A stretch of DNA of 64,000 nt from Methanobacteriota archaeon (lineage in GTDB: Archaea > Thermoplasmatota > Thermoplasmata > UBA10834), in the NCBI GenBank assembly GCA_020347645.1, contig CP070736.1, positions 105,788 to 169,787 of the forward strand, read 5' to 3'. Of the stretch, positions 1-9,658 are shown in pieces (position 1 is the first letter of the stretch; each line of letters opens with the position of its first letter). Position numbers and translations under genes: made by a program. The notes beneath the pieces were generated by a model. The model ran no database searches. It saw nothing but the letters and a program-made list of their open reading frames with translations, and was not told the origin of the DNA.

Positions 1-980
1 CCGATATCGCGGAGCTGAACGGAATGCGTGCCGGGACCGTCGCTTCAGCTAGAAGGAGGGTTTTGGAGGCAGGAGCGCTCTTTTACGTCGGTATTCCGTC
101 GTTTCACAAGCTGGGCTGTGAGATGATCGCGTTTCACAAGGGGATATTGGACCCCGCGATATCTGATGAGGCAAAGACTTCGGACTACATGGCATTTTTC
201 AGGTCGTCGCCGGAGGTGTTTGATGCTATCATAGGATCTAATTCGGTAGTGTTCATGAGTGTCTTTCGGGATGCAACGGAGATGGAGAATCTTATGCTGC
301 GCCATAACCGGTTCTTTTCGGATAGAAGGAAGCCCTCCAAGGCGAGACTATCAACGACGACATTCCCCCACGGTATGTCGAAAGGGACATACACCTTGAA
401 CTTCGCTCCGTTAGTCCACAGATTTTTTGGCCTCGACTCACCTCGGCCAAATCCCAGACCACCCGTATCTTTCGAGGTGGTTGAATCCGACCTGAGCGAG
501 AATGAGAAGAAGGTGTTGATTGCCCTTGTCGAAAACCCTGCTGCGCCCGATCGCAAGATATCCTCTATAGTGAATCTCTCTCGTCAGGCAGTCACAAGAA
601 TACGACGCAAGCTCCAGGATGAAGAGTATTACACATTAACCTGTGTTCCGAGATTGTATAGGTGGGGGTTCGAAATGTTTTCTGCTATCCATGCTCGATT
701 CTCCGCAGACTTTGTCTGGAGCGATGTGTTCAATCTACAGCCAAAGGAATCGGTCGATTACTCCTTCTACTATCTCACCAAGCCAGGAGAGGCAGTTGCT
801 AACCACATGATTTCAACGTACCACGATTACACGCACGGCCTTGAGTCAAGCCTGGCATGGTATCACAAGAACAAGGCATTCGAGAGTGACCCAGACATCA
901 CTCTTATGGCACTCGAGCATTGCGTCGAGATGAAGACCTTCGAATTTGGCCCGCGTCTTCGAAACCTGCTCGCGGATTGA
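1..980 (+). CDS. Tandem winged-HTH (Lrp/AsnC-like) transcriptional regulator, 5' partial
   Basis: The frame is open back to the window edge (DIAELNGMRAGTVASARRRV, HTH-like). A second HTH follows: LSENEKKVLIALVENPAAPDRKISSIVNLSRQAVTRIRRKL. Confidence 0.65.
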   Translation, partial: DIAELNGMRAGTVASARRRVLEAGALFYVGIPSFHKLGCEMIAFHKGILDPAISDEAKTSDYMAFFRSSPEVFDAIIGSNSVVFMSVFRDATEMENLMLRHNRFFSDRRKPSKARLSTTTFPHGMSKGTYTLNFAPLVHRFFGLDSPRPNPRPPVSFEVVESDLSENEKKVLIALVENPAAPDRKISSIVNLSRQAVTRIRRKLQDEEYYTLTCVPRLYRWGFEMFSAIHARFSADFVWSDVFNLQPKESVDYSFYYLTKPGEAVANHMISTYHDYTHGLESSLAWYHKNKAFESDPDITLMALEHCVEMKTFEFGPRLRNLLAD

Positions 981-1032
981 GATTCTAGAAAGGGAATGTG
1001 TTAATACGCATAATGCTAATTACGCCTGGTAG

Positions 1033-1452
1033 GTGGTCGGGTTGGACATCACTCCTCAGATGACCAGTAAATGGGTGAAAGCCGCATTTCTTATACTCGT
1101 CGGATTCGTCCTTCTCTTTTATTCGGATGGTTTTGTCGACGACCTTGAGCGAAATTCCGCAGACGAATTCGACATTTCATTCGAATGGACTTGGGACCTC
1201 CTACGAGTGCTCATATGGATACTCATAGCCTGGCTCTTCGTGGACGCAGTGCTCATCGTCGTCCTCAGTTTCAAAATACAGATATATTCCATCGACGACG
1301 TCGTCGCGAGATTGAAGGTCATAGAGAAGAAGCTGCAGCTTCAAGACGCGAGATTGTCTGCTATGGTGTCCGAGCCCGAACAAGAGATGTACTCCGCAGT
1401 AGAAGCAATAGAGGAAACGGACGAATTGGACCCCCCACCCCCCGTCGAATGA
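1033..1452 (+). CDS. Hypothetical membrane protein (2 TM helices, acidic tail)
   Basis: Two hydrophobic segments; TATA-like TTAATA upstream; fills the gap between neighbours. Confidence 0.6.
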   Translation: MVGLDITPQMTSKWVKAAFLILVGFVLLFYSDGFVDDLERNSADEFDISFEWTWDLLRVLIWILIAWLFVDAVLIVVLSFKIQIYSIDDVVARLKVIEKKLQLQDARLSAMVSEPEQEMYSAVEAIEETDELDPPPPVE

Positions 1453-1458
1453 GCGCCC

Positions 1459-3792
1459 TCATCTTCTTTTGGGCTTCTTCCTGGTCTCGACTTTCGCGTC
1501 CGGGGCCTTCTTCCGTTTCCCGGGGCAATCCATATTTATACAGAGAACCCAAGGCTTCCTATTGTTAGGCTGCCAGACTTTTATCACAGGCGCCGCACAA
1601 ACATCACATGCCTTTTCGGTTGGAACGATCTTCCCCTTCTGCGGCAACGGGTACATCTTTCTGCAGTCAGGATAGTTCGTGCAGCCGGCGAATCGCTTGC
1701 CCTTCCTCGACTGTATGGTAGTTATGTCGCCACCGCATTCCGGACACTTGCCTACGTGCCTCTGTTTCATGGCGCCCGAGCATTTTGGGTCTATGCACAG
1801 GACGGTTGGAGCCTGACCTTTGGCGACGGTCTTTATCTTGGGTGCGTTGCAGACGTCGCATGAAGCGTCCGCAGGCAATACCAGCATGCCGTGTGGAAGG
1901 GGATAGGTGTTTCTGCATTCCGGGTATGAAGAGCAGCCAGCGAAAATGTCGCCGCTCTTAGCCCTGATCTCTACAAGCTCGCCTACTTCGCACTTTGGAC
2001 AAGCCCCCAAGGAACGCTGTTTCCTGAGCGCTTTGCGAATGTCGTCGCCTATCTCCTTCTTGTTCCGTTCGAGGACGTCTATGATATCTTCCAGCATCGC
2101 CTGACTTTCCTCCAACACGTCAGGCTGCTCCCTTTCCCCCTTCGCAATTAGGTCCATCTCCACCTCAAGGTGGGAAGTCATCTTCGCATCCGTGATCTTG
2201 TACTCGTCATGCAGTTTCGCGTGGTCTTCCAGAGCGGATATGACCGCCGTTCCACTCTCCGTAGGTTCAATCCTGTGCCCCTTCACGAACCTGCGGTCGA
2301 ACAGTTTCTGAATGGCTTCATGACGGGTGCTCTTTGTGCCAAGGCCGATCTTCTCCATTTCCTGTACAAGCGTTCCCTGTGAGAATCTGGTTGGAGGTTT
2401 GGTCTTCTTCTCCGCCGACTGTATCTTCAGAACCTCCACTGCGTCGCCCGGTATGAGCCTGGGCAGAGCGACCTCGGTCACTCTGTAGTACGGATAGTAT
2501 TTTCTCCATCCAGGGGACAGTATCTCATTCCCTTCTGCAATGAATGATTCAGCCCCTATCGAGAGATCTACCTTGGTCTTCTTCACCTCACTCGAAGGCG
2601 CCAGCGTCGCAAGGAATCTCCTTACTACAAGCTCGTACACGGTCCATCTCGTCCCTTTCAGCTCCTTCTTGGTGGCGGCTTCCACTGGGTGAATGGGCGG
2701 ATGGTCTGTAGTGCTCGTTCTTCCCCTTGATGGACGAATCTCCTTCTGAGACAGTATTTCATTGACTTCATCAGCGAACTCGGATTCTCTGAGCTTCGCA
2801 AGTATATTCTTGAGTCCTAGCGATTTGGGATACACGGTGTTGTCCGTCCTTGGGTAGGATATGTATCCGTTCGTGTACAGGTCCTCGGCAACCTTCATCG
2901 CGCTGGCCGCCGTGAGCCCTCTCTTTGTGGCCTCGGCGAGGAACATGGTAGTGTTGAATGGCGGGGGTGGATACTCCTGCCTGATATTCTCGTCGACGCT
3001 TTCGACAACCGCCTGCTTCTCGCTCCTCGCTTTTGAGGCAGCGGCATGTGCTTCTTCCCTGTTGTCAAAGCGTCCATGCGCATGAGAAGCAGTGAATTGG
3101 CTGCCTCGCATGAGGCTCGCAGTGACAAGCCAATAGGGCGTTGGAACGAATTCCCTGATTGCCTTCTCCCTAGCGACTATGAGTGCCAGTGTCGGTGTCT
3201 GCACCCTGCCGACAGAAAGGAAATCGCTCCCCCGTTGCCCTGAGGCCAGCGACATGAACCGTGTGAGCGAGGCACCCCACGCGAGATCGATGTACTGTCT
3301 CGTTTCCGCAGCCGTCGCAAGCATGCGGTCAACCTCCACCAATTCGGAGAATGCACGTTCGATTTCGGCCTTGGTCAGCGCGCTGAACCTTGCTCTTCTG
3401 AGAGTGACCTCACTTTCGGCATGCTCGATGGCTTCGAGGCCTATCAGCTCTCCCTCTCTGTCGTAATCCGTAGCGATGATGATTTCGTCGGATTGCGAAG
3501 CGGCTTCACGCAGGGCTGTCATGATCTTCTTTGCGGAAGGGCTGACGCGCTTCTCGGGCTCCACGGAGACGAGTTTCAGCGGAGGGGTCTTCTCCCAATC
3601 GTTGTACTCTTCGGGATAGTCCAACTCAATTATGTGACCGCGGAGTCCAAGGACAGTATAATTGTCGGAATTCCTTGCGAAATCCAATACGGGCGTGCCC
3701 GCAATGGAACGTCTTTTGTATGTGCCATTTGAGAGTATGAGTGCGATCCTTCGCGCGGCATGATTCTTCTCACAGATGATGAGCCGACGCAT
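1459..3792 (-). CDS. topA: DNA topoisomerase I (type IA) with C-terminal Zn ribbons
   Basis: TOPRIM LIICEK and ATDYDREGELIG, SVGRVQTPTL, catalytic GYISYPRTD, repeated C-terminal CPxC...GCxxYPxC ribbons. Confidence 0.97.
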   Translation of the reverse strand: MRRLIICEKNHAARRIALILSNGTYKRRSIAGTPVLDFARNSDNYTVLGLRGHIIELDYPEEYNDWEKTPPLKLVSVEPEKRVSPSAKKIMTALREAASQSDEIIIATDYDREGELIGLEAIEHAESEVTLRRARFSALTKAEIERAFSELVEVDRMLATAAETRQYIDLAWGASLTRFMSLASGQRGSDFLSVGRVQTPTLALIVAREKAIREFVPTPYWLVTASLMRGSQFTASHAHGRFDNREEAHAAASKARSEKQAVVESVDENIRQEYPPPPFNTTMFLAEATKRGLTAASAMKVAEDLYTNGYISYPRTDNTVYPKSLGLKNILAKLRESEFADEVNEILSQKEIRPSRGRTSTTDHPPIHPVEAATKKELKGTRWTVYELVVRRFLATLAPSSEVKKTKVDLSIGAESFIAEGNEILSPGWRKYYPYYRVTEVALPRLIPGDAVEVLKIQSAEKKTKPPTRFSQGTLVQEMEKIGLGTKSTRHEAIQKLFDRRFVKGHRIEPTESGTAVISALEDHAKLHDEYKITDAKMTSHLEVEMDLIAKGEREQPDVLEESQAMLEDIIDVLERNKKEIGDDIRKALRKQRSLGACPKCEVGELVEIRAKSGDIFAGCSSYPECRNTYPLPHGMLVLPADASCDVCNAPKIKTVAKGQAPTVLCIDPKCSGAMKQRHVGKCPECGGDITTIQSRKGKRFAGCTNYPDCRKMYPLPQKGKIVPTEKACDVCAAPVIKVWQPNNRKPWVLCINMDCPGKRKKAPDAKVETRKKPKRR

Positions 3793-3881
3793 CTCTGGCA
3801 GGATGATTGGGGACTTATATAATTATGATGGACACTGCAGAAGCGCGAGGCTGGCGACGACCAGGGTGTGTTACACCCTGG

Positions 3882-5186
3882 TCACCATCGTTTCCTGCGA
3901 AGGTCCAACAACTCTCGTCGTCGTCTGCCGAGGCCGAGCAGAGAAACAGGAACGCCGGATTCTCTCTCGATGAACCGTACATACTCTCTGAGGCTCTTCG
4001 GCAGACGGGTGAATCCTCCGCAAAGTACGGACTTCAGCCGGGCGGGCCCTAGTTCGTCCCATCCCTCGAAGGACTCGTACGCCGGCCTGCATCTTTCCAT
4101 CGCTTTCAGGTCGGAAGGAATCCGTGTTAGCTTCTTTCCATCGAGTCTGTAATGCGTGCACACCTTGACTTCGTCCAATCCGCCAAGCACATCGATTTTC
4201 GTCATTGCCAGGCTTGAGAAGTCGTTCAGGGAATTGGCGTATCGCAGCGCTACGAGGTCCAGCCATCCACATCGTCTGCTTCGACCAGTAGTCGTTCCGT
4301 ACTCGTTCCCCATCTCCACTATGCGGTCATGCAGCTCGTCGTGAATCTCCGAAGGAAACGGTCCTGCACCTACGCGCGTTGTATATGCCTTCGTCACCCC
4401 GAACACTTCTCCAAGCGCAGTCGGCCTGATTCCCGAGCCTGAAGCCACGTTGCCGCTGGTGGTTGTGGATGATGTGACAAAAGGGTAGGTTCCGTGGTCG
4501 ATGTCCAACATCGTTCCCTGCGCGCCTTCGAAGAGGATCTTCTTGTCCTTCGAAAGCGCTGTGTCCAAAATGGCCCCGGTATCCGTGATATAAGGTTTCA
4601 GCAAACGCCCTTGCTCGATCAATTCTGCGGTAGCCGTTTTTGCGTCAACAACTTCTTTGGTTCCGAACGCCCGCAGCATTTTGTTCTTAATGGGAATGAG
4701 TAATTCGAGTCTCTCCTTCAGAGCACTCTCGTCGGCAAGATCTCCCATCCGTATCCCGAGTCTCGAGACCTTGTCCGAGTAGGCAGGACCTATCCCTCTG
4801 CCCGTGGTCCCGACCCTGGCGCTCTTTCGCAGTCGTTCCTCCGCTCCGTCGAGAAGCCTATGATAGGGCATGATTACATGAGCTCTTTCACTTATCCTGA
4901 GGTTCTTGACGGACTTGCCCCTTCGCGTGAGGTTGTTTATCTCATCCAACAGGACGCCAGGGTCTATGACAACGCCGTTTCCGATCACTGCGAGCTTGCC
5001 TGCTCGAATGATTCCTGACGGTAGATGATGCATCTTGTACAGCTCTTCGCCCACCTTGACGCTGTGGCCAGCGTTGTTGCCTCCCTGGAAACGGACGACG
5101 ACGTCGGCCTCGGCAGCGAGGAAGTCTACGATCTTGCCCTTGCCCTCATCACCCCACTGCGCCCCTATGACTGCCATTGTTGGCAT
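3882..5186 (-). CDS. purA: Adenylosuccinate synthetase
   Basis: GAQWGDEGKGK, RFQGGNNAGH, FEGAQG, GTYPFVTSS, EYGTTTGRSRRCGW motifs. Confidence 0.98.
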   Translation of the reverse strand: MPTMAVIGAQWGDEGKGKIVDFLAAEADVVVRFQGGNNAGHSVKVGEELYKMHHLPSGIIRAGKLAVIGNGVVIDPGVLLDEINNLTRRGKSVKNLRISERAHVIMPYHRLLDGAEERLRKSARVGTTGRGIGPAYSDKVSRLGIRMGDLADESALKERLELLIPIKNKMLRAFGTKEVVDAKTATAELIEQGRLLKPYITDTGAILDTALSKDKKILFEGAQGTMLDIDHGTYPFVTSSTTTSGNVASGSGIRPTALGEVFGVTKAYTTRVGAGPFPSEIHDELHDRIVEMGNEYGTTTGRSRRCGWLDLVALRYANSLNDFSSLAMTKIDVLGGLDEVKVCTHYRLDGKKLTRIPSDLKAMERCRPAYESFEGWDELGPARLKSVLCGGFTRLPKSLREYVRFIERESGVPVSLLGLGRRRRELLDLRRKRW

Positions 5187-5246
5187 GTTACCGGCTCGTC
5201 ATGACCAGATTCACTATTAAAACTTCTGAATCAAACCCCATAGTCG

Positions 5247-6371
5247 CTAGCGTGTGGACACAATCTCGAACAGCTCTATCAGTTCGCCTATTGGCATGTC
5301 CGTCTTAAACCCCTTCGGGTCAAAGTCCGTCCTTGAGGAGTGCGCTCCGCTGCTTTGCAGTCGTTGGACGAGGTGCGAGAGTTTCGGCGGATGCCTCTTA
5401 GTGTGTTTCGCCAGTTCATCGACTCGATAATACAGGGCAGGCGCTCCGATTTCGCCTCGCCATAATTCTATCGCTTTCTCGCACCGTCGACGCGTTCCAA
5501 GCGATTCGTCAGATGTCATCAAGGTCAAGACTTCAGGAGAGTGAAGACTCCCAACCCAGAGCGGTCCGGCAAGCGTATCCGACGTGCGTGATGGTCGTTG
5601 CGGAACGATCCCGCGTTGCAGAGTCTTTGGATCATAGAAGGCGAAGCCGAGCTCCTCCAATGACCTGTCCGCTCGCCGGGCACCTTTGCGCATTCTTACA
5701 TGGCATCTGAAGTAGTGGTCAGCATAAAAGCAGAGTATCGGTTCGCAACCCCTTTCATGCTTTGCCGCCTCCCTCGCGATCCAGCCTAAGAGTATCCTGA
5801 GCCCGGTCTCACGGGAGAACGGAGAACGGGCGGATATAGCGCCATACCTGCGAGCGCAAGTTCTCGGATACGTTCCGGAAAGTGGTGCGGTGTCCGTTGC
5901 CGTTACGGCGAGGATGCCCTCGTTGCGACAGCTCTGTATCGCCGCGTCGACGTATCTGACGGGTGTGCCGAAAGGATCAATGTCGATGTAGTCGAAACTC
6001 TCCTCCGATAAAAGGGCTCCTAGATCTCTGCAGTAGACTACTGCGTCATCGATGTCGTTTGCCCGCGCATTCTTGCGGATGAGGGCTGCTGCGCGATGGC
6101 TCCTGTCGTTTAGGAAGAGCCTGCCACCGGAGCCGCACTCCTTCGCCATCCTAAGCCCCCTGGCCCCCGAAGCCGCAAGTCCGTCCAAGATACGCCAGTT
6201 TGCCTTTAGCACTATTCTTCCGAGCAGCACCGAGATGTCTCTGCTGAACTCCATCTGTCTGTTGTAGAATACTTCCTCAGTCGATCTTCCCGGCCCTTTC
6301 CTGCAGAAGTCGGCGGGAACCATCAGGTCCGTCGTACCCTCGCGGACTTTAACGAGTTGTGAGCGGTTCAC
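5247..6371 (-). CDS. trm1: tRNA (guanine26-N2)-dimethyltransferase
   Basis: VFYN..MEFSRD, LDGLAASGARGLR, IDIDPFGTP, VTATDTAPL motifs. Confidence 0.95.
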   Translation of the reverse strand: MNRSQLVKVREGTTDLMVPADFCRKGPGRSTEEVFYNRQMEFSRDISVLLGRIVLKANWRILDGLAASGARGLRMAKECGSGGRLFLNDRSHRAAALIRKNARANDIDDAVVYCRDLGALLSEESFDYIDIDPFGTPVRYVDAAIQSCRNEGILAVTATDTAPLSGTYPRTCARRYGAISARSPFSRETGLRILLGWIAREAAKHERGCEPILCFYADHYFRCHVRMRKGARRADRSLEELGFAFYDPKTLQRGIVPQRPSRTSDTLAGPLWVGSLHSPEVLTLMTSDESLGTRRRCEKAIELWRGEIGAPALYYRVDELAKHTKRHPPKLSHLVQRLQSSGAHSSRTDFDPKGFKTDMPIGELIELFEIVSTR

Positions 6372-6913
6372 AGATATTCGCCTTTCATCAGCTTCATTAT
6401 CTTGTAGGGCAAGAGGTTTCTGTTGATAGGCGTTACCTCCAATATCCTAACATCGTCCCTCCTTCGGATGTCTTGGAGGAGGGGATTTCTCGATTTCTTA
6501 TGCAGCGTGAGGATCATGGGCTTGCTCGCTTCCATAGCCTCCTTCACGGCTTTGACGAATCTACTGGATTCAACCTCCATCTTACCCACTTCGTCGATCA
6601 CGATGACGTCGGCGTTGTTGCTCGCATCGACCAGCGCCTCGACCCCAACGGTGTCCAGGGATTCGAGGTTGACTCCGTACTTGCCAACATAGAACTTCGA
6701 TTCCGTGTCGATGTGGGCGAAAACCGCTTTCTTCTTAGTCCGCCAGTCCATAACGTAGAATCCTACCCTCTTGCCGTTCTCGATAATGGGTTCGGTTATC
6801 ATTCCTCCCACAACGAGTCCTTCATCCTCCAGCATCTCGATGACTTTGACGAGAGCTTGAGTCTTGCCAGCTCCGGGCAGCCCAGTGATGCCGACCTTGA
6901 TTCCTCTCGCCAT
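6368..6913 (-). CDS. Nucleoside triphosphatase (THEP1/NTPase_1 family)
   Basis: ITGLPGAGKT Walker A, VGKYGVN, IVIDEVGKME Walker B. Confidence 0.92.
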   Translation of the reverse strand: MARGIKVGITGLPGAGKTQALVKVIEMLEDEGLVVGGMITEPIIENGKRVGFYVMDWRTKKKAVFAHIDTESKFYVGKYGVNLESLDTVGVEALVDASNNADVIVIDEVGKMEVESSRFVKAVKEAMEASKPMILTLHKKSRNPLLQDIRRRDDVRILEVTPINRNLLPYKIMKLMKGEYL

Positions 6914-7035
6914 GGTTTCACCTAGAGAACAGAGTGCTGGCCATGGTATGGCATTTCAAATATATAATGTGTGTCATAAATGTTCCGCCAACTGTATTTG
7001 AACAGCCACCGTCGCCTGTAGCTCGAATGCAGTGC

Positions 7036-7422
7036 TCATATGCTATCGATCCTTTCTATGAACATCAGTGGATAGTTCATCTGCTCAACCAGCTTCATTC
7101 TGGCCTTCACCCTGCTTGTTCGGTAGCTCACGACGAGATCAACGTCCAGCATATCCCCCGTGAGCGACAGATAATCGAACTCACCCTTTTTCGTCTTCAA
7201 TCTGGATCTGTCTATGCGTACTTCGACGCTCTCGACAAAGGGCTGTACTTTGCACCCCTCCTCAATCGCCTTCTCGAGCGTCTCAACATTATCGGCGCTG
7301 ACGGGAACTCCGACGAATTGGTGGTATATGGTGCCCATCTTTATACCCGCCTCGAAAGCCGCCCGTTCCGAGTCGCTGCATCCGAAATAGCCATCAGCGG
7401 CCTCTTCTCGTGAATCACTCAT
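7036..7422 (-). CDS. mptD: Archaeal dihydroneopterin aldolase (DUF381)
   Basis: ERAAFEAGIKMGTIYHQFVGVPV and C-terminal YPLMFI; start placed at the ATG after GGAGG. Confidence 0.88.
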   Translation of the reverse strand: MSDSREEAADGYFGCSDSERAAFEAGIKMGTIYHQFVGVPVSADNVETLEKAIEEGCKVQPFVESVEVRIDRSRLKTKKGEFDYLSLTGDMLDVDLVVSYRTSRVKARMKLVEQMNYPLMFIERIDSI

Positions 7423-7585
7423 GCACTGTCCTCCCGGCTCGGGTTGTCGCGGTTCCAGCCAGGCCAATCGCGTTGGCGGTACGTGAAATCGCTCTATTTA
7501 ATGGTTGGTCGGCAGTCGTCGTGGCAGCGAGGCAGTATCACTGTTTCCAAGCAAGGTCGTCTCACTCCTTATCTCGAGATTCATC

Positions 7586-8236
7586 TCATAGGAGGAGCAT
7601 CTTCGCATCCACGACGACAACGCCTCTTTCCTTGACAAACACCGGGTTGAGGTCCATCTGATCGAGATCGTCCATGTATTTCACACCGAGGGCTGAGACC
7701 TTCATCAGCAGGTTCAACAGGGCGTGCCTATCGACCTTGATTCTGCGAAACCCTTCGAGTATTGGTGCCGCCCTTATCTCGCTCAGCATCTCCTCGGCGT
7801 CACCCTCCTTTATCGGCACCACCCTGAAGGTCACGTCTTTGTAGACCTCGGTGTAAATGCCTCCGAGGCCGAACATGATCGTGAGGCCGAAAGTGGGGTC
7901 GTTGATGAGGCCAATAATCACCTCCACTCTCCTGTCCTGCATGGACTCCACGAGGATTTGCTCCTTGGCGAACCTTCTTCTCATCTCGGAGAACTCATGT
8001 TCGAGCTCGTCCTTCTGGATGTCGAGCACCACTCCCGCGACATCGGTCTTGTGGAGGATGTCTGGGGAGCACACCTTGATGACCACCGGGAACCTGAGCT
8101 TCTTGAGGTTGATGTCGGCGAAGTCATCCACGACCTGAAAGTCGGTTGTAGGTATTCCAGACTCGCGAAGCAGCATCTTTACCTCGTTCTCCGCAAGGGC
8201 CTTTCGTCCCTCCTTGAGAACAGATTCCACTATCAC
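7586..8236 (-). CDS. acdB: ADP-forming acyl-CoA synthetase beta subunit (ATP-grasp)
   Basis: FPVVIKVCSPDILHKTDVAGV, DPTFGLTIMFGLGG, MDLNPV, VVDA. Confidence 0.9.
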   Translation of the reverse strand: MIVESVLKEGRKALAENEVKMLLRESGIPTTDFQVVDDFADINLKKLRFPVVIKVCSPDILHKTDVAGVVLDIQKDELEHEFSEMRRRFAKEQILVESMQDRRVEVIIGLINDPTFGLTIMFGLGGIYTEVYKDVTFRVVPIKEGDAEEMLSEIRAAPILEGFRRIKVDRHALLNLLMKVSALGVKYMDDLDQMDLNPVFVKERGVVVVDAKMLLL

Positions 8237-8274
8237 GCATCTCCCCTCTCCGCTCGCTATCTACATGGACCGCC

Positions 8275-8853
8275 TTAATCCTTCTCCTTTCCGTGGATCG
8301 CTTCCTTCCCGAGCTTGCTGCCGATGCTTAACGCCCTCTTGTTGAGGTCGAAGGTCGCCTTTGGCACGATATCGAGCATGGCCTTCTCGAGGGCGTCGTA
8401 GCTGACGACATTGGAAATCTCCCTCATCGCGCCCAACATGACGACATTCGCCACGACTCTGGTGCCCAGGTCCTCTGCGGACCTTGTAGCCCTTATTCGA
8501 TACACGTGACCTCCCGGTCTCTTGGGAACAAGATCCGGATCCAGCAATATCTTTGTCTCTGGCTTGATATCGCTGATGTACTTCTCATAGGCCTGACGTG
8601 ACATTATCACCAAATAGTCTGGGATTTCGACGAAAGGGTAATGCATTTCCTCTGTAGATATCTTCACATCACACTTCGAGTGCCCGCCCCTCGCTGACGG
8701 GCCATATGATTGAGTTTGGATGGCGCTCTTGCGTTTGATCTTCCCATCGCCTCCTGTCGGTTGATCGTGAAGGGCCGCTGCACGAGCTAGTGCTATGCCC
8801 ATCAGTATGACGCCCTGCCCTCCGAATCCAGTGAATCTAATGCCCATCTCCAT
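8275..8853 (-). CDS. korC: 2-oxoacid:ferredoxin oxidoreductase gamma subunit (KOR type)
   Basis: GFGGQGVIL, QSYGPSARGG, ANVVMLGA. Confidence 0.9.
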   Translation of the reverse strand: MEMGIRFTGFGGQGVILMGIALARAAALHDQPTGGDGKIKRKSAIQTQSYGPSARGGHSKCDVKISTEEMHYPFVEIPDYLVIMSRQAYEKYISDIKPETKILLDPDLVPKRPGGHVYRIRATRSAEDLGTRVVANVVMLGAMREISNVVSYDALEKAMLDIVPKATFDLNKRALSIGSKLGKEAIHGKEKD

Positions 8854-9658
8854 GTGACGATCCTCCCGTTCGCTCGTGATAGCACTCTCGCTCCCTGCTC
8901 ACGAACTCGCCCGTGGTTATCTGTCCTGCAAGGTTCAGATCGACGTGGTCCACCGCGGCCGCTCGCGCCTTGTCCCTTCGTACGGAACTCTCCTTGAACC
9001 ATTCGAGCAGCGCTGACGGGTCCGCCATCTTGTTCCTCCTGCCGAAGTTTGTGGGACACTGCGACACTACCTCGATGAAGTTGAATCCCTTCTTGTTCAG
9101 CGAGGCGACGATCGATTTCGTCAGCTCGTGGACATGTCTCGTCGTCCATCTGGCGACGTAGTTCGCGCCTGCTGCGACAGCTATCTCAGCCAGGTCAAAC
9201 GGATACTCCCTGTTGCCCCGGGGAGTTGTTGTCGATATGTACTCGTGCGGCGTTGTGATGGATGCCTGTCCTCCTGTCATGCCATATATGTTGTTGTTTA
9301 TGCAGATGACATCGAGATCGACGTTCCTTCGGCAGCCGTTTATGAAGTGGTTGCCTCCAATTGCGCCTAGGTCGCCATCGCCCGTGAACACAACCACGTC
9401 CAGTTCCGGCCTAGAGAGCTTTATGCCCGTCGCGAAGGCGATCGCCCGTCCGTGGGTCGTGTGGATGGCATCTGAATTTATGTACAAGGGTATTCTCGAA
9501 GAACATCCGATGCCGCTTACGAAGACCGTGTTGTCGAGTTTCCATCCGACCTTGTCGAACGCTCTGAAGAAGCAGTTCATGACCGTGCCGTTGCCGCAGC
9601 CTGGACAGAATACGTGGGGCCATTGATCCTTTCTGTAGAAATCGAATATGTCCATCAT
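8837..9658 (-). CDS. korB: 2-oxoacid:ferredoxin oxidoreductase beta subunit
   Basis: FCPGCG, VSGIGCS, HTTHGRA, TPP motif GDGD...NNNIYGMTGGQ, SQCP. Confidence 0.93.
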   Translation of the reverse strand: MMDIFDFYRKDQWPHVFCPGCGNGTVMNCFFRAFDKVGWKLDNTVFVSGIGCSSRIPLYINSDAIHTTHGRAIAFATGIKLSRPELDVVVFTGDGDLGAIGGNHFINGCRRNVDLDVICINNNIYGMTGGQASITTPHEYISTTTPRGNREYPFDLAEIAVAAGANYVARWTTRHVHELTKSIVASLNKKGFNFIEVVSQCPTNFGRRNKMADPSALLEWFKESSVRRDKARAAAVDHVDLNLAGQITTGEFVSRERECYHERTGGSSHGDGH

